Source: the human T2T-CHM13v2.0 reference genome, Homo sapiens. From it: a stretch of 64,000 nucleotides of DNA. Shown piece by piece: positions 50,901-62,100 of this stretch. Location: NCBI RefSeq assembly GCF_009914755.1, contig NC_060931.1; one strand, 5' to 3'. Both the position numbers and the translations under genes were made by a program. How positions within the stretch are numbered: the stretch's first letter is position 1; each line of letters opens with the position of its first letter. Below the pieces are notes generated by a model, which saw only the letters and a program-made list of their open reading frames with translations, had not been told where the DNA came from and ran no database searches.

Positions 50901-53900
50901 CTTTTCATAGAGCAGTTTGGAAACACTCTGTTTGTAAAGTCTGCAAGTGGATATATGGACCGCATTGAGGCCTTCGTTGGAAACGGGATTTCTTCATTTC
51001 ATGCTAGACAGAAGAATTCTCAGTAACTTCTTTGTGCTGTGTGTATTCAACTCACAGAGTGGAACGTCCCTTTACACAGAGCAGATTTGATACACTCTTT
51101 TTGTGGAGTTTGCAAGTGGAGATTTCAAGCGATTTGATGCCAACAGTAGAAAAGGAAATATCTTCAAATAAAAACTAGACAGAATCATTCTCAGAAACTA
51201 CTTTGTGATGTGTGCCTTCAACTCACAGAGTTTAACCTTTCTTTTCTTAGAGCAGTTTAGAAACACTCTGCTTGTTATGACTGCAAGTGGATATTTGGAC
51301 CTCTTTGAGGCCTTCGTTGCAAACGGGGTTTCTTCCTTTCATGCTAGACTAAGAAGAGTTCTCAGTAACTTTTTTGTGTTGTGTGTATTAAACTCACAGA
51401 GTTGAACCTTGCTTTAGAGAGAGCAGATTTGAAACACTCTTGCTGTGGCATTTTCAGGTGGAGATTTCAAGCGATTTGAGGACAATTGCAGAAAAGGAAA
51501 TATCTTCGTATAATAACCAGACAGAATCATTCTCAGAAAGTGCTTTGTGATGTGTGCGTTCAACTCACAGAGTTTAACCTTTCTTTTCATAGAGGAGTTT
51601 GGAAACACACTGTTTGTAAGGACTGCAAGTGGATATATGGACCTGTTTGAGGCCTTCGTTGGAAACGGGATTTCTTCATTGAATGCTAGACGGAAGAATT
51701 CTCAGTAAATTCTTTGTGTTGTGTGCATTCAACTCACAGAGTGGAACGTCCCTTTAGACACAGCAGATTTGAAACACTCTTTTTGCGGAATTTGCAAGTG
51801 GAGATTTCTAGCCATTTGATGCCAACAGTAGAAAGGGAAATATCTTCAAATAAAAACCAGACAGAATCATTCTCAGCAAATTCTTTGTGATGTGTGCGTT
51901 CAACTCACATAGTTTAACCTTTCTTTTCATAGAGCAGTTTGGAAACACTCTGTTTGTAAAGTCTGCAAGTGGATATATGGACCGCATTGAGGCCTTCGTT
52001 GGAAACGGGATTTCTTCATTTCATGCTAGACAGAAGAATTCTCAGTAACTTCTTTGTGCTGTGTGTATTCAACTCACAGAGTGGAACGTCCCTTTCCACA
52101 GAGCAGATTTGAAACACTCTTTTTGTGGAGTTTGCAAGTGGAGATTTCAACCGATTTGATGCCAACAGTAGAAAAGGAAATATCTTCAAATAAAAACTAG
52201 ACAGAATCATTCTCAGAAACTACTTTGTGATGTGTGCCTTCAACTCACAGAGTTCAACCTTTCTTTTCTTAGAGCAGTTTAGAAACACTCTGCTTGTTAT
52301 GTCTGCAAGTGGATATTTGGACCTCTTTGAGGCCTTCGTTGCAAACGGGGTTTCTTCCTTTCATGCTAGACTAAGAAGAGTTCTCAGTAACTTTTTTGTG
52401 TTGTGTGTATTCAACTCACAGAGTTGAACCTTGCTTTAGAGAGAGCAGATTTGAAACACTCTTGCTGTGGCATTTTCAGGTGGAGATTTCAAGCGATTTG
52501 AGGACAATTGCAGAAAAGGAAATATCTTCGTATAATAACCAGACAGAATCATTCTCAGAAAGTGCTTTGTGATGTGTGCGTTCAACTCACAGAGTTTAAC
52601 CTTTCTTTTCATAGAGGAGTTTGGAAACACACTGTTTGTAAAGTCTGCAAGTGGATACATGGACCTGTTTGAGGCCTTCGTTGGAAACGGGATTTCTTCA
52701 TTGAATGCTAGACGGAAGAATTCTCAGTAAATTCTTTGTGTTGTGTGCATTCAACTCACAGAGTGGAACGTCCCTTTAGACAGAGCAGATTTGAAACACT
52801 CTTTTTGCGGAATTTGCAAGTGGAGATTTCTAGCCATTTGATGCCAACAGTAGAAAGGGAAATATCTTCAAATAAAAACCAGACAGAATCATTCTCAGAA
52901 AATTCTTTGTGATGTGTGCGTTCAACTCACATAGTTTAACCTTTCTTTTCATAGAGCAGTTTGGAAACACTCTGTTTGTAAAGTCTGCAAGTGGATATAT
53001 GGACCGCATTGAGGCCTTCGTTGGAAACGGGATTTCTTCATTTCATGCTAGACAGAAGAATTCTCAGTAACTCCTTTGTGCTGTGTGTATTCAACTCACA
53101 GAGTGGAACGTCCCTTTGCACAGAGCAGATTTGAAACACTCTTTTTGTGGAGTTTGCAAGTGGAGATTTCAAGCGATTTGATGCCAACAGTAGAAAAGGA
53201 AATATCTTCAAATAAAAACTAGACAGAATCATTCTCAGAAACTACTTTGTGATGTGTGCCTTCAACTCACAGAGTTTAACCTTTCTTTTCTTAGAGCAGT
53301 TTAGAAACACTCTGCTTGTTATGTCTGCAAGTGGATATTTGGACCTCTTTGAGGCCTTCGTTGCAAACGGGGTTTCTTCCTTTCATGCTAGACTAAGAAG
53401 AGTTCTCAGTAACTTTTTTGTGTTGTGTGTATTCAACTCACAGAGTTGAACCTTGCTTTAGAGAGAGCAGATTTGAAACACTCTTGCTGTGGCATTTTCA
53501 GGTGGAGATTTCAAGCGATTTGAGGACAATTGCAGAAAAGGAAATATCTTCGTATAATAACCAGACAGAATCATTCTCAGAAAGTGCTTTGTGATGTGTG
53601 CGTTCAACTCACAGAGTTTAACCTTTCTTTTCATAGAGGAGTTTGGAAACACACTGTTTGTAAAGTCTGCAAGTGGATATATGGACCTGTTTGAGGCCTT
53701 CGTTGGAAACGGGATTTCTTCATTGAATGCTAGACGGAAGAATTCTCAGTAAATTCTTTGTATTGTGTGCATTCAACTCACAGAGTGGAACGTCCCTTTA
53801 GACAGAGCAGATTTGAAACACTCTTTTTGCGGAATTTGCAAGTGGAGATTTCTAGCCATTTGATGCCAACAGTAGAAAGGGAAATATCTTCAAATAAAAA

Positions 53901-56900
53901 CCAGACAGAATCATTCTCAGAAAATTCTTTGTGATGTGTGCGTTCAACTCACATAGTTTAACCTTTCTTTTCATAGAGCAGTTTGGAAACACTCTGTTTG
54001 TAAAGTCTGCAAGTGGATATATGGACCGCATTGAGGCCTTCGTTGGAAACGGGATTTCTTCATTTCATGCTAGACAGAAGAATTCTCAGTAACTTCTTTG
54101 TGCTGTGTGTATTCAACTCACAGAGTGGAACGTCCCTTTGCACAGAGCAGATTTGAAACACTCTTTTTGTGGAGTTTGCAAGTGGAGATTTCAAGCGATT
54201 TGATGCCAACAGTAGAAAAGGAAATATCTTCAAATAAAAACTAGACAGAATCATTCTCAGAAACTACTTTGTGATGTGTGCCTTCAACTCACAGAGTTTA
54301 ACCTTTCTTTTCTTAGAGCAGTTTAGAAACACTCTGCTTGTTATGTCTGCAAGTGGATATTTGGACCTCTTTGAGGCCTTCGTTGCAAACGGGGTTTCTT
54401 CCTTTCATGCTAGACTAAGAAGAGTTCTCAGTAACTTTTTTGTGTTGTGTGTATTCAACTCACAGAGTTGAACCTTGCTTTAGAGAGAGCAGATTTGAAA
54501 CACTCTTGCTGTGGCATTTTCAGGTGGAGATTTCAAGCGATTTGAGGACAATTGCAGAAAAGGAAATATCTTCGTATAATAACCAGACAGAATCATTCTC
54601 AGAAAGTGCTTTGTGATGTGTGCGTTCAACTCACAGAGTTTAACCTTTCTTTTCATAGAGGAGTTTGGAAACACACTGTTTGTAAAGTCTGCAAGTGGAT
54701 ATATGGACCTGTTTGAGGCCTTCGTTGGAAACGGGATTTCTTCATTGAATGCTAGACGGAAGAATTCTCAGTAAATTCTTTGTGTTGTGTGCATTCAACT
54801 CACAGAGTGGAACGTCCCTTTAGACAGAGCAGATTTGAAACACTCTTTTTGCGGAATTTGCAAGTGGAGATTTCTAGCCATTTGATGCCAACAGTAGAAA
54901 GGGAAATATCTTCAAATAAAAACCAGACAGAATCATTCTCAGAAAATTCTTTGTGATGTGTGCGTTCAACTCACATAGTTTAACCTTTCTTTTCATAGAG
55001 CAGTTTGGAAACACTCTGTTTGTAAAGTCTGCAAGTGGATATATGGACCGCATTGAGGCCTTCGTTGGAAACGGGATTTCTTCATTTCATGCTAGACAGA
55101 AGAATTCTCAGTAACTTCTTTGTGCTGTGTGTATTCAACTCACAGAGTGGAACGTCCCTTTACACAGAGCAGATTTGAAACACTCTTTTTGTGGAGTTTG
55201 CAAGTGGAGATTTCAAGCGATTTGATGCCAACAGTAGAAAAGGAAATATCTTCAAATAAAAACTAGACAGAATCATTCTCAGAAACTACTTTGTGATGTG
55301 TGCCTTCAACTCACAGAGTTTAACCTTTCTTTTCTTAGAGCAGTTTAGAAACACTCTGCTTGTTATGTCTGCAAGTGGATATTTGGACCTCTTTGAGGCC
55401 TTCGTTGCAAACGGGGTTTCTTCCTTTCATGCTAGACTAAGAAGAGTTCTCAGTAACTTTTTTGTATTGTGTGTATTCAACTCACAGAGTTGAACCTTGC
55501 TTTAGAGAGAGCAGATTTGAAACACTCTTGCTGTGGCATTTTCAGGTGGAGATTTCAAGCGATTTGAGGACAATTGCAGAAAAGGAAATATCTTCGTATA
55601 ATAACCAGACAGAATCATTCTCAGAAAGTGCTTTGTGATGTGTGCGTTCAACTCACAGAGTTTAACCTTTCTTTTCATAGAGGAGTTTGGAAACACACTG
55701 TTTGTAAGGACTGCAAGTGGATATATGGACCTGTTTGAGGCCTTCGTTGGAAACGGGATTTCTTCATTGAATGCTAGACGGAAGAATTCTCAGTAAATTC
55801 TTTGTGTTGTGTGCATTCAACTCACAGAGTGGAACGTCCCTTTAGACACAGCAGATTTGAAACACTCTTTTTGCGGAATTTGCAAGTGGAGATTTCTAGC
55901 CATTTGATGCCAACAGTAGAAAGGGAAATATCTTCAAATAAAAACCAGACAGAATCATTCTCAGCAAATTCTTTGTGATGTGTACGTTCAACTCACATAG
56001 TTTAACCTTTCTTTTCATAGAGCAGTTTGGAAACACTCTGTTTGTAAAGTCTGCAAGTGGATATATGGACCGCATTGAGGCCTTCGTTGGAAACGGGATT
56101 TCTTCATTTCATGCTAGACAGAAGAATTCTCAGTAACTTCTTTGTGCTGTGTGTATTCAACTCACAGAGTGGAACGTCCCTTTGCACAGAGCAGATTTGA
56201 AACACTCTTTTTGTGGAGTTTGCAAGTGGAGATTTCAAGCGATTTGATGCCAACAGTAGAAAAGGAAATATCTTCAAATAAAAACTAGACAGAATCATTC
56301 TCAGAAACTACTTTGTGATGTGTGCCTTCAACTCACAGAGTTCAACCTTTGTTTTCTTAGAGCAGTTTAGAAACACTCTGCTTGTTATGTCTGCAAGTGG
56401 ATATTTGGACCTCTTTGAGGCCTTCGTTGCAAACGGGGTTTCTTCCTTTCATGCTAGACTAAGAAGAGTTCTCAGTAACTTTTTTGTGTTGTGTGTATTC
56501 AACTCACAGAGTTGAACCTTGCTTTAGAGAGAGCAGATTTGAAACACTCTTGCTGTGGCATTTTCAGGTGGAGATTTCAAGCGATTTGAGGACAATTGCA
56601 GAAAAGGAAATATCTTCGTATAATAACCAGACAGAATCATTCTCAGAAAGTGCTTTGTGATGTGTGCGTTCAACTCACAGAGTTTAACCTTTCTTTTCAT
56701 AGAGGAGTTTGGAAACACACTGTTTGTAAAGTCTGCAAGTGGATACATGGACCTGTTTGAGGCCTTCGTTGGAAACGGGATTTCTTCATTGAATGCTAGA
56801 CGGAAGAATTCTCAGTAAATTCTTTGTGTTGTGTGCATTCAACTCACAGAGTGGAACGTCCCTTTAGACAGAGCAGATTTGAAACACTCTTTTTGCGGAA

Positions 56901-59147
56901 TTTGCAAGTGGAGATTTCTAGCCATTTGATGCCAACAGTAGAAAGGGAAATATCTTCAAATAAAAACCAGACAGAATCATTCTCAGAAAATTCTTTGTGA
57001 TGTGTGCGTTCAACTCACATAGTTTAACCTTTCTTTTCATAGAGCAGTTTGGAAACACTCTGTTTGTAAAGTCTGCAAGTGGATATATGGACCGCATTGA
57101 GGCCTTCGTTGGAAACGGGATTTCTTCATTTCATGCTAGACAGAAGAATTCTCAGTAACTTCTTTGTGCTGTGTGTATTCAACTCACAGAGTGGAACGTC
57201 CCTTTACACAGAGCAGATTTGATACACTCTTTTTGTGGAGTTTGCAAGTGGAGATTTCAAGAGATTTGATGCCAACAGTAGAAAAGCAAATATCTTCAAA
57301 TAAAAACTAGACAGAATCATTCTCAGAAACTACTTTGTGATGTGTGCCTTCAACTCACAGAGTTTAACCTTTCTTTTCTTAGAGCAGTTTAGAAACACTC
57401 TGCTTGTTATGACTGCAAGTGGATATTTGGACCTCTTTGAGGCCTTCGTTGCAAACGGGGTTTCTTCCTTTCATGCTAGACTAAGAAGACTTCTCAGTAA
57501 CTTTTTTGTGTTGTGTGTATTAAACTCACAGAGTTGAACCTTGCTTTAGAGAGAGCAGATTTGAAACACTGTTGCTGTGGCATTTTCAGGTGGAGATTTC
57601 AAGCGATTTGAGGACAATTGCAGAAAAGGAAATATCTTCGTATAATAACCAGACAGAATCATTCTCAGAAAGTGCTTTGTGATGTGTGCGTTCAACTCAC
57701 AGAGTTTAACCTTTCTTTTCATAGAGGAGTTTGGAAACACACTGTTTGTAAGGACTGCAAGTGGATATATGGACCTCTTTGAGGCCTTCGTTGGAAACGG
57801 GATTTCTTCATTGAATGCTAGACGGAAGAATTCTCAGTAAATTCTTTGTGTTGTGTGCATTCAACTCACAGAGTGGAACGTCCCTTTAGACACAGCAGAT
57901 TTGAAACACTCTTTTTGCGGAATTTGCAAGTGGAGATTTCTAGCCATTTGATGCCAACAGTAGAAAGGGAAATATCTTCAAATAAAAACCAGACAGAATC
58001 ATTCTCAGCAAATTCTTTGTGATGTGTGCGTTCAACTCACATAGTTTAACCTTTCTTTTCATAGAGCAGTTTGGAAACACTCTGTTTGTAAAGTCTGCAA
58101 GTGGATATATGGACCGCATTGAGGCCTTCGTTGGAAACGGGATTTCTTCATTTCATGCTAGACAGAAGAATTCTCAGTAACTTCTTTGTGCTGTGTGTAT
58201 TCAACTCACAGAGTGGAACGTCCCTTTCCACAGAGCAGATTTGAAACACTCTTTTTGTGGAGTTTGCAAGTGGAGATTTCAACCGATTTGATGCCAACAG
58301 TAGAAAAGGAAATATCTTCAAATAAAAACTAGACAGAATCATTCTCAGAAACTACTTTGTGATGTGTGCCTTCAACTCACAGAGTTCAACCTTTCTTTTC
58401 TTAGAGCAGTTTAGAAACACTCTGCTTGTTATGTCTGCAAGTGGATATTTGGACCTCTTTGAGGCCTTCGTTGCAAACGGGGTTTCTTCCTTTCATGCTA
58501 GACAAAGAAGAGTTCTCAGTAACTTTTTTGTGTTGTGTGTATTCAACTCACAGAGTTGAACCTTGCTTTAGAGAGAGCAGATTTGAAACACTCTTGCTGT
58601 GGCATTTTCAGGTGGAGATTTCAAGCGATTTGAGGACAATTGCAGAAAAGGAAATATCTTCGTATAATAACCAGACAGAATCATTCTCAGAAAGTGCTTT
58701 GTGATGTGTGCGTTCAACTCACAGAGTTTAACCTTTCTTTTCATAGAGGAGTTTGGAAACACACTGTTTGTAAAGTCTGCAAGTGGATACATGGACCTGT
58801 TTGAGGCCTTCGTTGGAAACGGGATTTCTTCATTGAATGCTAGACGGAAGAATTCTCAGTAAATTCTTTGTGTTGTGTGCATTCAACTCACAGAGTGGAA
58901 CGTCCCTTTAGACAGAGCAGATTTGAAACACTCTTTTTGCGGAATTTGCAAGTGGAGATTTCTAGCCATTTGATGCCAACAGTAGAAAGGGAAATATCTT
59001 CAAATAAAAACCAGACAGAATCATTCTCAGAAAATTCTTTGTGATGTGTGCGTTCAACTCACATAGTTTAACCTTTCTTTTCATAGAGCAGTTTGGAAAC
59101 ACTCTGTTTGTAAAGTCTGCAAGTGGATATATGGACCGCATTGAGGC

Positions 59148-59164
59148 CTTCGTTGGAAACAGGA
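59148..59164 (+). other. Core-disrupted CENP-B box (CGGG>CAGG), duplicate of the 47906 box
   Basis: G>A at 59161, exactly 11242 bp (11 HORs) after 47919. Confidence 0.88.
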
Positions 59165-62100
59165 TTTCTTCATTTCATGCTAGACAGAAGAATTCTCAGT
59201 AACTTCTTTGTGCTGTGTGTATTCAACTCACAGAGTGGAACGTCCCTTTGCACAGAGCAGATTTGAAACACTCTTTTTGTGGAGTTTGCAAGTGGAGATT
59301 TCAAGCGATTTGATGCCAACAGTAGAAAAGGAAATATCTTCAAATAAAAACTAGACAGAATCATTCTCAGAAACTACTTTGTGATGTGTGCCTTCAACTC
59401 ACAGAGTTTAACCTTTCTTTTCTTAGAGCAGTTTAGAAACACTCTGCTTGTTATGTCTGCAAGTGGATATTTGGACCTCTTTGAGGCCTTCGTTGCAAAC
59501 GGGGTTTCTTCCTTTCATGCTAGACTAAGAAGAGTTCTCAGTAACTTTTTTGTGTTGTGTGTATTCAACTCACAGAGTTGAACCTTGCTTTAGAGAGAGC
59601 AGATTTGAAACACTCTTGCTGTGGCATTTTCAGGTGGAGATTTCAAGCGATTTGAGGACAATTGCAGAAAAGGAAATATCTTCGTATAATAACCAGACAG
59701 AATCATTCTCAGAAAGTGCTTTGTGATGTGTGCGTTCAACTCACAGAGTTTAACCTTTCTTTTCATAGAGGAGTTTGGAAACACACTGTTTGTAAAGTCT
59801 GCAAGTGGATACATGGACCTGTTTGAGGCCTTCGTTGGAAACGGGATTTCTTCATTGAATGCTAGACGGAAGAATTCTCAGTAAATTCTTTGTGTTGTGT
59901 GCATTCAACTCACAGAGTGGAACGTCCCTTTAGACAGAGCAGATTTGAAACACTCTTTTTGCGGAATTTGCAAGTGGAGATTTCTAGCCATTTGATGCCA
60001 ACAGTAGAAAGGGAAATATCTTCAAATAAAAACCAGACAGAATCATTCTCAGAAAATTCTTTGTGATGTGTGCGTTCAACTCACATAGTTTAACCTTTCT
60101 TTTCATAGAGCAGTTTGGAAACACTCTGTTTGTAAAGTCTGCAAGTGGATATATGGACCGCATTGAGGCCTTCGTTGGAAACGGGATTTCTTCATTTCAT
60201 GCTAGACAGAAGAATTCTCAGTAACTTCTTTGTGCTGTGTGTATTCAACTCACAGAGTGGAACGTCCCTTTACACAGAGCAGATTTGAAACACTCTTTTT
60301 GTGGAGTTTGCAAGTGGAGATTTCAAGCGATTTGATGCCAACAGTAGAAAAGGAAATATCTTCAAATAAAAACTAGACAGAATCATTCTCAGAAACTACT
60401 TTGTGATGTGTGCCTTCAACTCACAGAGTTTAACCTTTCTTTTCTTAGAGCAGTTTAGAAACACTCTGCTTGTTATGTCTGCAAGTGGATATTTGGACCT
60501 CTTTGAGGCCTTCGTTGCAAACGGGGTTTCTTCCTTTCATGCTAGACTAAGAAGAGTTCTCAGTAACTTTTTTGTGTTGTGTGTATTCAACTCACAGAGT
60601 TGAACCTTGCTTTAGAGAGAGCAGATTTGAAACACTCTTGCTGTGGCATTTTCAGGTGGAGATTTCAAGCGATTTGAGGACAATTGCAGAAAAGGAAATA
60701 TCTTCGTATAATAACCAGACAGAATCATTCTCAGAAAGTGCTTTGTGATGTGTGCGTTCAACTCACAGAGTTTAACCTTTCTTTTCATAGAGGAGTTTGG
60801 AAACACACTGTTTGTAAGGACTGCAAGTGGATATATGGACCTGTTTGAGGCCTTCGTTGGAAACGGGATTTCTTCATTGAATGCTAGACGGAAGAATTCT
60901 CAGTAAATTCTTTGTGTTGTGTGCATTCAACTCACAGAGTGGAACGTCCCTTTAGACACAGCAGATTTGAAACACTCTTTTTGCGGAATTTGCAAGTGGA
61001 GATTTCTAGCCATTTGATGCCAACAGTAGAAAGGGAAATATCTTCAAATAAAAACCAGACAGAATCATTCTCAGCAAATTCTTTGTGATGTGTACGTTCA
61101 ACTCACATAGTTTAACCTTTCTTTTCATAGAGCAGTTTGGAAACACTCTGTTTGTAAAGACTGCAAGTGGATATATGGACCGCATTGAGGCCTTCGTTGG
61201 AAACGGGATTTCTTCATTTCATGCTAGACAGAAGAATTCTCAGTAACTTCTTTGTGCTGTGTGTATTCAACTCACAGAGTGGAACGTCCCTTTGCACAGA
61301 GCAGATTTGAAACACTCTTTTTGTGGAGTTTGCAAGTGGAGATTTCAAGCGATTTGATGCCAACAGTAGAAAAGGAAATATCTTCAAATAAAAACTAGAC
61401 AGAATCATTCTCAGAAACTACTTTGTGATGTGTGCCTTCAACTCACAGAGTTCAACCTTTCTTTTCTTAGAGCAGTTTAGAAACACTCTGCTTGTTATGT
61501 CTGCAAGTGGATATTTGGACCTCTTTGAGGCCTTCGTTGCAAACGGGGTTTCTTCCTTTCATGCTAGACTAAGAAGAGTTCTCAGTAACTTTTTTGTGTT
61601 GTGTGTATTCAACTCACAGAGTTGAACCTTGCTTTAGAGAGAGCAGATTTGAAACACTCTTGCTGTGGCATTTTCAGGTGGAGATTTCAAGCGATTTGAG
61701 GACAATTGCAGAAAAGGAAATATCTTCGTATAATAACCAGACAGAATCATTCTCAGAAAGTGCTTTGTGATGTGTGCGTTCAACTCACAGAGTTTAACTT
61801 TTCTTTTCATAGAGGAGTTTGGAAACACACTGTTTGTAAAGTCTGCAAGTGGATACATGGACCTGTTTGAGGCCTTCGTTGGAAACGGGATTTCTTCATT
61901 GAATGCTAGACGGAAGAATTCTCAGTAAATTCTTTGTGTTGTGTGCATTCAACTCACAGAGTGGAACGTCCCTTTAGACAGAGCAGATTTGAAACACTCT
62001 TTTTGCGGAATTTGCAAGTGGAGATTTCTAGCCATTTGATGCCAACAGTAGAAAGGGAAATATCTTCAAATAAAAACCAGACAGAATCATTCTCAGAAAA

